Assembly (NCBI GenBank): GCA_964415115.1
Contig: CAYPYB010000006.1
Location: forward strand, 16,325 to 80,324
Direction: 5' to 3'
DNA length: 64,000 nt
Source of the DNA: an uncultured Candidatus Pelagibacter sp.
GTDB lineage: Bacteria; Pseudomonadota; Alphaproteobacteria; Paracaedibacterales; CAIOTO01
This document shows, one piece after another, positions 56,030 through 64,000 of this stretch; the first letter of the stretch is position 1, and each line of letters begins with the position of its first letter. Made by a program: the position numbers and the translations under genes. A model generated the notes under the pieces. It ran no database searches. It was not told the origin of the DNA and saw only the letters and a program-made list of their open reading frames with translations.

Positions 56030-57529
56030 TTATTTGACTACAATTTCATTTCTATCCCATTTTCCATTTTTCTCATTAAATATAAATTCTACAGCATGTT
56101 CTTCTACATCCGCGTGATGTGAAATATATTTAATCTGTTCATGTTGAGAAAAAAAGTATTGCCTATCATAACCCATCTCTGCACCAAAATTATAGACCAT
56201 GATGCTGAAATCACTTATTTTTGACAATTTCAAAATAGTGTCTTTAACATCATCTAAAGTCTTAATGGCATTTCCTTTAACGCTTGAAACTCTAATCAAA
56301 CATTTACCTGTACCATCATTATCGCCCAGACAAGGTAATTTATCAAAAAAGCTACCACCTGGTTTTGTTTTTGAAATAAACACAGATTTTTCGGACCCTG
56401 TAAGCTGAGACATAAAATCATCTGCTTCTACAAAAACAGCCTTACCGAACACAATGAAACGTGCAATTTTATTTTTTTGTAAATCATACAAAGGTATGTT
56501 GATTTTCAAAGGTTTACCATTTCGAATAACGCAAATTTGGACCTCTTTCGATCCTTTTGCACCTTCGGTGTTCATTATTTTATCAACATCATAATGTGAA
56601 GGACCACATTCTTTACCTTGGATCTGCATCAATACATCACCAGATTGAATCTTTTGATAAGCAGGGCTGTTTTTCAAGACACTTTTAACAACAAGAATGC
56701 GACTAAACGCGTCAGGATATTTCGTTGTATATTCTAATGCTTTTTTATTATCAAATCCGTCATATCTCATCAAATCATTTAAAGATACTAAGTCAAAAAC
56801 AATGCCCGTTCCAAACCTGGATGGCTTTGAATTTCTTTTTAATGCGGCTAAAGCTTCAGCAATATATTTCATAGGCAAAGCATAAGCACCTGTGGAGCCA
56901 TTGGATGAAAATAATAATCCAGCAGCATTTCCTTTTTCATCTAATACAGGAGAACCACTAGCCCCACCTTGGGCATTTAAACTAATCCTAAAGGTTTGCC
57001 CCGACAAATCTTGGGCAATTTCAAAAGGACTAGCAACTGTTCCTGTTTGAACAGAAAAATGTTTATTTTCATTTTTTCCAATAATCATCACAGGTTCACC
57101 TAAAGAAACATTTTCTTCTCTCAAAGGTAAACTGTGTGGGATTTGCTGTATGTCTTTAGGGTCCACTTTTAAAAATGCAAAATCGTGCCAAGGGTCTGAA
57201 TAAAGCAAGCGGCCTGTTACTACTGTTCCATCAAATAATGTGACATCGTAACGTTCAACAACGCTATCTGGACAAGCTACGTGGCGGTTGGTTACAATAA
57301 TGCCATTTTCCTTATCCACAACAGAACCTGTGCCATATTTTGTACCCAGAGAAGTATAGGCAGCCTCTATGGATCTAATTTCAATACTCACCACATATTT
57401 TTGCATTTGGCTATATGATTCTTGAGAGTGAATATCTTTTTTATCTTTAAAAAAAGAAAATATGGCCCAAGATTGGGTCGATAAACAAACCAAAAAAATC
57501 AAAGCCGTTTTTTTTAACAAACTATACAT
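56030..57529 (-). CDS. Secreted trypsin-like serine protease with PDZ-like region (HtrA superfamily, Nma111/Deg7-like motifs)
   Basis: It has a signal peptide. The catalytic residues are His in IIVTNRHV, Asp in HDFAFLKV and Ser in GGASGSPV. A PDZ-like segment is present (VVKSVLKNSPAYQKIQSGDVLMQIQG). Confidence 0.75.
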   Translation of the reverse strand: MYSLLKKTALIFLVCLSTQSWAIFSFFKDKKDIHSQESYSQMQKYVVSIEIRSIEAAYTSLGTKYGTGSVVDKENGIIVTNRHVACPDSVVERYDVTLFDGTVVTGRLLYSDPWHDFAFLKVDPKDIQQIPHSLPLREENVSLGEPVMIIGKNENKHFSVQTGTVASPFEIAQDLSGQTFRISLNAQGGASGSPVLDEKGNAAGLLFSSNGSTGAYALPMKYIAEALAALKRNSKPSRFGTGIVFDLVSLNDLMRYDGFDNKKALEYTTKYPDAFSRILVVKSVLKNSPAYQKIQSGDVLMQIQGKECGPSHYDVDKIMNTEGAKGSKEVQICVIRNGKPLKINIPLYDLQKNKIARFIVFGKAVFVEADDFMSQLTGSEKSVFISKTKPGGSFFDKLPCLGDNDGTGKCLIRVSSVKGNAIKTLDDVKDTILKLSKISDFSIMVYNFGAEMGYDRQYFFSQHEQIKYISHHADVEEHAVEFIFNEKNGKWDRNEIVVK

Positions 57530-57543
57530 AATAACCTTCTTAT

Positions 57544-58551
57544 TTAAATTTGTGGAATACCTTGAGACGTCGAATATTCAAAATGAACAATCTCGTCAGG
57601 ATAGAGAATTTGACGAATCATTTTGGCAGCCAATGCAGCTTCTGCAAAACCTGTTAAAATTAACTTTTGTTTATTCTTGTATGTTGAAATATCTCCAACG
57701 GCAAAAACACCAGGAATACTTGTTTCAGAAGTAGATGGATCCACAGTAATACAGTTTTTAGACAAAGCCAAATCCCAATCTAAAATAGGACCTAAATTCA
57801 TGGACAAACCAAAAAACGGAAGAAGAAAATCTGCTTCAATTTCTTTGTATTCGCCTTCAATAGTAGATATTCCAACATGTGAAATTTGTCCGTTATCGCC
57901 TTTTAATTGGCTTAGTTGATACGGAACAGCCATTTGAATTTTTCCAAGAGCAGCCCATTCTTCGAGCTGTTTTTGACTTTCAGGCATACACCTGAATTTC
58001 GAACGTCGATGCACAACAGTCACATGAGAAGCTATTTCTGACAAAGAAAGTGCCCAATCCACAGCAGAATCGCCTCCTCCTGCTATCACAACTTTTTTAT
58101 CTCTATATTGTTCGCGGTTCAACACCGAATAAAGAACCGACTGACCTTCATAATCTTCAATGCCTTCTAACGGTGGTCTATTGGGACCAAATGCACCAAC
58201 ACCAGCAGCAATAACAACAGCTTTACAAACAACAACTGTTCCTCTAGAACCAGTCACTTTGAATGTTTTATCTTCATTTTTTTCTAGTTTTTCAATTTGT
58301 TCTTTTAAAAAAATTTGAGGTTGAAAAACTTTCATCTGATCGATCAAACGATTCACAAGATCTTCACCTGTAATGGATGAATGAGTTGGAATATCATAAA
58401 TAGGTTTTTCAGGATAAAGGGCGGCACATTGTCCCCCTAAATGATCTAAAGAATCAAAGAGGCAGCATTTCAAACGTTGCATTCCACATTCAAAAACAGT
58501 AAACAACCCTACAGGGCCTGCACCTATTACAACAACGTCGGTATAAATCAT
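57544..58551 (-). CDS. Ferredoxin--NADP(+) reductase, thioredoxin-reductase-like type
   Basis: DVVVIGAGPVGLF...GGQCAALYPEKPIYDIP, the second dinucleotide fold VVIAGGGDSAVDWA and GVFAVGD are present. There is no CxxC redox centre, as expected for the TrxR-type FNR. Confidence 0.85.
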   Translation of the reverse strand: MIYTDVVVIGAGPVGLFTVFECGMQRLKCCLFDSLDHLGGQCAALYPEKPIYDIPTHSSITGEDLVNRLIDQMKVFQPQIFLKEQIEKLEKNEDKTFKVTGSRGTVVVCKAVVIAAGVGAFGPNRPPLEGIEDYEGQSVLYSVLNREQYRDKKVVIAGGGDSAVDWALSLSEIASHVTVVHRRSKFRCMPESQKQLEEWAALGKIQMAVPYQLSQLKGDNGQISHVGISTIEGEYKEIEADFLLPFFGLSMNLGPILDWDLALSKNCITVDPSTSETSIPGVFAVGDISTYKNKQKLILTGFAEAALAAKMIRQILYPDEIVHFEYSTSQGIPQI

Positions 58552-58676
58552 TGATTTTCACTATTACATTTCAGAATTAACATTCTAAACTAAAATTTTT
58601 CATTTTTCAAATTCAGTATTTCTTAACTTTATACTGACACACTAAAATTTAAAGAAAAACAATATATTTTTAAAAA

Positions 58677-59639
58677 TTGAACGGAAATTACTTTTCAAAA
58701 GCATCGTTACTGCAACAACTTCTACAAGAAGTTGAGAAACACTATGCTCTTCAACCAAGCCCTTCTTTAATACATAAAATGACCGCTATTTTTGAAAAAC
58801 TTCCATTAGAAGCTATAAACGAATGGGTTATGATGCTTCGATCATTGAATGAAGATCATCCAGAATGGCAAAGTTTCATCGAAAATCTTACCGTACACGA
58901 AACTTATTTCAACAGAGAACAAAATGTATTGGATAACATCAAAAATGTTATCCTACCTGAAATTTTAAAGAACAAATCTCAAGAAAAGAGAATATCAATA
59001 TGGTCTGCTGGGTGTTCATCTGGTGAAGAAACGTATAACCTCGCCATTATTGCTGTTGAAGCTTTGATGAAGCATCTCAATCTTTCGCATAGCCATTTTT
59101 CTGAAAAAAATATCATCGATAGTGGATGGACTATTAGAATAATTGGAACAGACCTATCTAAACAAGTGATTAGGGTTGCAGAGACTGGTGTTTACAGCAA
59201 CGCAATTATGGGTTCTTTCAGATCTAACACAGATAATCTGCTTCATTATTTCGATCAAAAAACAGACAATGTAATCGAAGAATTATCAAGTAACGTGAAA
59301 TACTATCAGATCAAACCGTTTATTAAATCACTTGTTACTTTCTCGCAAATGAATTTGCTATCTAAAAGCCCTTCTGCTCTTCATTTTGATATGATTATCT
59401 GTCGAAATGTTTTGATATATTTCAATGACCTCAATAAAAAAACAATACAAAACCGTTTTTTAAGTCAAATGAACGAAAACAGCGCTTTGATTCTCGGAAC
59501 GGTTGATTCGTGCTTTTTAGACACTGTCAATATTTTCAACCATAGCGGTTGCCGTTGGTATTCTAAAAAATCTGTATGGGACAATATTTATGGTACAAAA
59601 AATAAAGTATCAGCTATTTCTGGTCAAGAGGTAAACTAA
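58677..59639 (+). CDS. cheR: Chemotaxis protein methyltransferase CheR
   Basis: LTVHETYFNRE, the SAM-binding region IWSAGCSSGEETYNLAI and CRNVLIYF are present. The start codon is TTG. Confidence 0.9.
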   Translation: MNGNYFSKASLLQQLLQEVEKHYALQPSPSLIHKMTAIFEKLPLEAINEWVMMLRSLNEDHPEWQSFIENLTVHETYFNREQNVLDNIKNVILPEILKNKSQEKRISIWSAGCSSGEETYNLAIIAVEALMKHLNLSHSHFSEKNIIDSGWTIRIIGTDLSKQVIRVAETGVYSNAIMGSFRSNTDNLLHYFDQKTDNVIEELSSNVKYYQIKPFIKSLVTFSQMNLLSKSPSALHFDMIICRNVLIYFNDLNKKTIQNRFLSQMNENSALILGTVDSCFLDTVNIFNHSGCRWYSKKSVWDNIYGTKNKVSAISGQEVN

Positions 59640-59640
59640 T

Positions 59641-61122
59641 ATGGATTTAATTGTATTTGAAAATAGTGGTCAAAAATTTGGTATCAAAAGTTCTGTCATT
59701 AGAGAAATTTTAGACCCTATGCCTATAACACCTGTTCCTTTTGCACCAGAACATGTGGAGGGAATTATCAGTGCTTCAGGATCCATATTATTACAAATTA
59801 GTTTCAATAAGCAAGTTAAGGATCTGGAAAAAAATCCTACTACGACATTTAATACTGAGGAACAGAGAGACGAAAATGAATATCATCTCCTCATCATTAA
59901 TTCTGACAATGGACTTTTTGCGCTGAAGGTTAACCCTATTAAAGAAAAAATCAATATCGATGAAAATGAATTGAAACATGTAGGAAATAGAAATGGTCTG
60001 CACGAAAAAAAGGCTAATGAAGTCCAATATGAATACAACCACAAAGGTTTGGTTATTTTAGTTCTTGATGAAAATGCACTAGGGCTAGACAAAGACATCA
60101 CCGTTTTTGAACCAGAGCATAGAGAATTTGCACTGGGACAACAAGATCTCTATACAAAAAATATCCATGGCAGTCAAAATGATCAACAAAATTATCTCAT
60201 TTTCGAATGTGGGGAAGAAATTTTTGCACTTCAACTGGAAGATGTTTTAGAAATTGTCCAAATTAAAATAGATCAAGAAATAACACATATCCCTCATGCA
60301 CCCCAAGAAATTTTAGGTTTATATCTTTTACGAAATCGGGCATACCTTTCCATTTCATTGTCACAACATTTAGGAAATAGTAAAAAAAATAATGAGAAAT
60401 ATGGAATTTTTGTGAATACTTCTATTGGAAAAATTGTGCTATGCATTGAAAAAATGATAGGTATTCAAAGTTTTAATCCCAAAGATATCCAAGAACCCAA
60501 AGAGCAAGGCAATGAATTAGTTGGATGGGCAAAAGGTAAAAATCAAGAGATCATTGGAATTATTCAACCATCAAAACTTATTACGTCATCAAAAGAGCTT
60601 GAGTATGATCCATTTATTATTGAAAATGAAGAAGAAAAAAACACCGTAGCCCCCCAAGAAACAAAAAGATTTTTAAGCTTTAATATTGGAAAAGAAAAAT
60701 GTTGTTTACCAATCGAAGTCGTTCAAATTGTTTCTGAAAGACAAGAAGAAACCCCTCTACCCCAGTCAGAAGATAAACATACAAATTCGCAAATCATGAA
60801 TATTATTTACAATCAAGTTACTCAAATTCAAGGTGTTGTCATTCCTATCATCGATTTGCATCCATTTTTTGATATTAATCAAAAACATCATGATGATAAC
60901 ACCAATAAGGATTACTATATTATTGTGAATTGTAACAATCAGCCTTTTGCATTATTGGTTGATAATATCGACAGAGTCACAGATATTCCTTTATCAGATA
61001 TAGATTATAACGTCGCACAAAATAATATTTTTATAGCAGGGGTGTGTAAATTTGAACAAAGATTGGGGTCCATTATTTCATTGGATCCACTTCAACAACC
61101 AGATTTAGCTCAAAAAGTGTAA
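59641..61122 (+). CDS. Protein with three tandem CheW-like domains
   Basis: Three segments each show the CheW pattern: LIVFENSGQKFGIKSSVIREIL...PFAPEHVEGII, YLIFECGEEIFALQLEDVLEIV...PHAPQEILGLYLLRN and FLSFNIGKEKCCLPIEVVQIV...IQGVVIPIIDL. Confidence 0.8.
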   Translation: MDLIVFENSGQKFGIKSSVIREILDPMPITPVPFAPEHVEGIISASGSILLQISFNKQVKDLEKNPTTTFNTEEQRDENEYHLLIINSDNGLFALKVNPIKEKINIDENELKHVGNRNGLHEKKANEVQYEYNHKGLVILVLDENALGLDKDITVFEPEHREFALGQQDLYTKNIHGSQNDQQNYLIFECGEEIFALQLEDVLEIVQIKIDQEITHIPHAPQEILGLYLLRNRAYLSISLSQHLGNSKKNNEKYGIFVNTSIGKIVLCIEKMIGIQSFNPKDIQEPKEQGNELVGWAKGKNQEIIGIIQPSKLITSSKELEYDPFIIENEEEKNTVAPQETKRFLSFNIGKEKCCLPIEVVQIVSERQEETPLPQSEDKHTNSQIMNIIYNQVTQIQGVVIPIIDLHPFFDINQKHHDDNTNKDYYIIVNCNNQPFALLVDNIDRVTDIPLSDIDYNVAQNNIFIAGVCKFEQRLGSIISLDPLQQPDLAQKV

Positions 61123-61137
61123 GGGCAGATTAAACCC

Positions 61138-62253
61138 ATGATATCTGTTTTAGTTCTTAGTAATTCCGTTAACAATCGGATGTTTATTAAAAGAAAACTG
61201 GAAACTCAACCAGATATCACAATAGTCTCTCACGAAATTTTTCCCAAAAATTCTATAGACAATCATAATAGTTTAAAATTTGCAGATATAGTCCTTGTCG
61301 ACTGCGATACAGATAATATTAACCTGCTTCAAAATTCAAGAATTATCAAAGAGTCAAACACTATCGTTTTAGCCCTTATTAATACCCATAACATTCATGA
61401 GCCTAGTTCAAACATATCTTGGAAAATTGGTGCCGTTGATTGTATACATATGGATGAAAATACACTTCTTGAAAACGACACTTTGTTTGAAAAAAAATTG
61501 ATAGAAAAGATTCATTTATGGTCACAAAACATTCGCCATAAAGATTTGAAAAAGAAAAATCATCATAAACCTCATATACCAGCTTATGAAGAACAAGAAA
61601 AAAGTAACGAAAATGAAAAAAAATCAACGCATTTTATCAGCATACCAAGAGTTAGTCCGAAAAAATTTGATATTATTGTCATAGGCATTTCAACGGGCGG
61701 CCCCATGACACTGGTCAATCTTTTAAAGAATTTACAACCTCTTAATTGTCCTATTGTCATCGCACAACATATGCCAAAAGATTTCACAAACAGTTTAGCA
61801 TCGCATTTAGAAAAAGAAACAGGGATGAATGTTATTGAAGGGTATCACGCTCTACCTCTGGGGCCACAAACAATTGTTATCGCATCTGGAGGACATGATA
61901 GTGCTATACAAAAAATTCAAGATGGAAGGATATTATTAGTTGAAAAGCCATCCCATCAAAGCTATTTTCACCCTTCCGTTGACTTGCTATTTTCATCGGC
62001 TGCTCAATCCAATATATCCACACTGGGAATCGTTATGACAGGCATGGGAACAGACGGAACAATGGGGTCTAAAAATATAAAGAGCCATAATGGTATCATC
62101 ATAGCACAGGAACCATCCACATGCGTTGTCAATAGTATGCCAAACAGCGTAATTAAAGAAGGATATGCAGACTACGTTTGGTCGCCTGAAAAGATAGCAG
62201 AAGCTATGTCTTTATGGTGTTCAGACAAAAAAACGAAGACTAAAGAGTTTTAA
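61138..62253 (+). CDS. cheB: Protein-glutamate methylesterase CheB with degenerate receiver domain
   Basis: The methylesterase triad contexts are intact: GISTGGP (Ser), AQHMP (His) and TGMGTDG (Asp). The N-terminal REC-like domain lacks the DD acidic pair. Confidence 0.85.
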   Translation: MISVLVLSNSVNNRMFIKRKLETQPDITIVSHEIFPKNSIDNHNSLKFADIVLVDCDTDNINLLQNSRIIKESNTIVLALINTHNIHEPSSNISWKIGAVDCIHMDENTLLENDTLFEKKLIEKIHLWSQNIRHKDLKKKNHHKPHIPAYEEQEKSNENEKKSTHFISIPRVSPKKFDIIVIGISTGGPMTLVNLLKNLQPLNCPIVIAQHMPKDFTNSLASHLEKETGMNVIEGYHALPLGPQTIVIASGGHDSAIQKIQDGRILLVEKPSHQSYFHPSVDLLFSSAAQSNISTLGIVMTGMGTDGTMGSKNIKSHNGIIIAQEPSTCVVNSMPNSVIKEGYADYVWSPEKIAEAMSLWCSDKKTKTKEF

Positions 62254-62254
62254 A

Positions 62255-63052
62255 TTACAATAAAAAAGTTTTGAATTCTTTGTGCACAAAAGGATTAGCC
62301 GCAATAATACTATTTGTCTGTAACGGAGAAGATTCCTCAAAAAGTGAAGTAACACTTCCACCTGCTTCTTGAATAAGCAAAATACCAGCAGCATAGTCCC
62401 ACACATTCATATTTTGATCAAATACAACATCTAATCTTCCACAAGCAACATAAGCCAGGTCTAATGATGTCACCCCCATTCTTCTGACACCTAAAACCTG
62501 AGACGTGATTTTGGCTACTTTATTTTCAAAACTGGGATCTCTTTCTTTACCATGACAGGAATGAACTCCTACAAGAACTTCATCTAAAGATCGACGTGAA
62601 GAAACACGAAGCCTGCGTTGATTCAAATAAGAACCTCTTCCCTTTTCGCTCCAAAAGAGCTCATCTTTTATAGGATCATAAGTTACAGCTGCTATGATTT
62701 CAGATTTGTATTCTAAAGCAACAGTAATGGCAAAGTGAGGTATACCATGCATAAAGTTAGATGTACCATCCAAAGGATCGATAATCCATCTATGATCAGG
62801 GTTTATACCCTCTATCAAACCAGTTTCTTCACTATAAATGGAGAAATGTGGTCTAGCTTTTTGCAATTCATAAATTAATATCTGTTCAGCTTTACGATCG
62901 GCAATCGTAACAAAGTCACCAGCGCCTTTTTGTGAAACTTGTAAATTTTCGATTTCACCAAAATCACGCAATAACCCTCTGCTCGCTTTTTCTACAGCTA
63001 AAGACATAACGTTGACTAAAGCCGAACGTGTCACAAATCGAGAATTTGACAT
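62255..63052 (-). CDS. suhB: Inositol monophosphatase family protein (SuhB-like)
   Basis: The IMPase motifs WIIDPLDGTSNF and WDYAAG are present. Confidence 0.85.
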   Translation of the reverse strand: MSNSRFVTRSALVNVMSLAVEKASRGLLRDFGEIENLQVSQKGAGDFVTIADRKAEQILIYELQKARPHFSIYSEETGLIEGINPDHRWIIDPLDGTSNFMHGIPHFAITVALEYKSEIIAAVTYDPIKDELFWSEKGRGSYLNQRRLRVSSRRSLDEVLVGVHSCHGKERDPSFENKVAKITSQVLGVRRMGVTSLDLAYVACGRLDVVFDQNMNVWDYAAGILLIQEAGGSVTSLFEESSPLQTNSIIAANPFVHKEFKTFLL

Positions 63053-63084
63053 GACTACCTATTGATTACCTTTTAATTTTTAAC

Positions 63085-63654
63085 TTAAACTTCTTTATAT
63101 CTTTCTACATATGTTGCATCGACTGTATTCACAACGACTTTCATACCTGTAGAAATATGTGGAGGTACCATAATTCTTACACCATTTGTAAGCACAGCTG
63201 GCTTATAAGATGAAGATGCTGTTTGACCTTTTACCACAGCGTCTGCTTCCATAATTTCTAGGACAACATAATCGGGTAATTGAACAGCAATAGGTTTGCC
63301 TTCATACATTGATAAATTAACAACCATGTTATCAATAAGAAAAACTGCAGAAGATCCCACAAAGTCCTTTGATAAGTAGATTTGCTCGAATGTTTGTTGA
63401 TCCATAAAGACCAAATTTTCACCATCATCATAAAGATATTGGAAAGCTACTTCGTCTAAATAAACTCTTTCTACGGTTTCAGCAGATCGAAAACGTTCGT
63501 TTAACTTTGTACCTTCTGCAATACTTTTCATTTCAACTTGCATGTATGCTCCACCTTTACCAGGTTGAGTATGCTGAGTTTTAGTAACAGTCCAAAGTTT
63601 ACCTTGGTAATCTAAAATATTACCAATACGTATTTCATTTCCACTTATTTTCAT
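63085..63654 (-). CDS. efp: Elongation factor P
   Basis: [14 protein letters not shown]...[21 protein letters not shown] is a canonical EF-P N-terminus including the KPGKG-type loop. Confidence 0.95.
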   Translation of the reverse strand: MKISGNEIRIGNILDYQGKLWTVTKTQHTQPGKGGAYMQVEMKSIAEGTKLNERFRSAETVERVYLDEVAFQYLYDDGENLVFMDQQTFEQIYLSKDFVGSSAVFLIDNMVVNLSMYEGKPIAVQLPDYVVLEIMEADAVVKGQTASSSYKPAVLTNGVRIMVPPHISTGMKVVVNTVDATYVERYKEV

Positions 63655-63682
63655 AGAGCTTTCACTTCAAGATGATTTGATA

Positions 63683-63759
63683 TGGTAGCGGCGGAGGGAT
63701 TTGAACCCCCGACACGCGGATTATGATTCCGCTGCTCTAACCAACTGAGCTACGCCGCC
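63683..63759 (-). tRNA. tRNA with CAU anticodon (elongator Met or lysidine-modified Ile2)
   Basis: This is a 77-nt cloverleaf with acceptor GGCGGCG/CGCCGCT, D arm GCTC-AGTTGGTTA-GAGC and anticodon arm GCGGA-AT CAT AA-TCCGC. The T arm is GGGGG-TTCAAAT-CCCTC and CCA is encoded. It lacks initiator hallmarks (no GGG/CCC anticodon stem, no 1-72 mismatch). Confidence 0.85.
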
Positions 63760-64000
63760 ATTAGGATAAAAAATTATCATAATTAAATATAAGTGGTCAA
63801 TGTTTTTTTATGCGTAACATTAAAAAACTTACCGTCTTTGAAAAATGTAATTTTTTTTGATTTATAAATAAAACAAAAGCAATTTGCATTTCACCATAGA
63901 ATATTGCATAATGATGAATATTGCTTCATTGTTACAGATTGTGCGGATCAAATGGTTTTTCTATCAAAAAAAAATCAGTCTTCTACTGACGAAGTTATCA

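Noticed and set aside
63953-64000. Possible start of a plus-strand gene (MVFLSKKNQSSTDEVI...) at the window edge
   Set aside because: Only 16 codons are visible, which is too little to support a call.
1-64000. Search for CRISPR arrays, rRNA genes, IS elements with terminal inverted repeats, tmRNA/RNase P/SRP RNA signatures and long tandem repeats
   Set aside because: None were seen by eye. The longer spacers (5.0-5.3 kb, 10.8-11.5 kb, 18.0-18.3 kb, 28.9-29.2 kb, 40.4-40.6 kb, 63.8-63.95 kb) are AT-rich without regularly spaced repeats or conserved RNA motifs. A computational repeat and covariance-model scan would be needed to exclude them.

Overview
This window is a visibly AT-rich (by eye about two-thirds A+T), tightly packed bacterial chromosome segment. 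The gene content points to an alphaproteobacterium, probably a host-associated or reduced lineage (Rickettsiales/Holosporales-like); that lineage call is inference only. The supporting genes are ctrA, an NDUFA12-family protein, a muramidase-less FlgJ, psd-pssA, SRPBCC/COQ10-lipA, thyX, a TrxR-type ferredoxin-NADP reductase and ybgC-tolQRA. I count about 70 protein genes and one tRNA(CAU). Most are housekeeping genes: dnaQ, folK, pabB, rpsA, infC, secG, pyrG, rpsP, pgk, nadK, lipA, greA, dut, efp. Four separate flagellar/chemotaxis loci are interspersed. They are flgJ-(flgN?)-flgK-flgL behind a textbook sigma-54 promoter, flgI with a ~130-aa insertion, fliO-fliP, and cheR-tripleCheW-cheB. Candidate accessory or novel material: (1) a two-gene operon of Sec-signal proteins with PD-(D/E)XK-type motifs, one with a RAP/DUF559-like C-terminus; (2) two large low-complexity secreted proteins; (3) a lone tyrosine integrase bracketed by 13-bp direct repeats; (4) an orphan UmuD/LexA-like S24 peptidase; (5) a partial Ara4N gene set (arnA decarboxylase domain plus arnD) with a GNAT-like neighbour; (6) orphan complex subunits (cydB, yejE-like permease). 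I saw no CRISPR array, rRNA or recognisable IS element. All functional calls come from motif recognition by eye, and no database search was possible.
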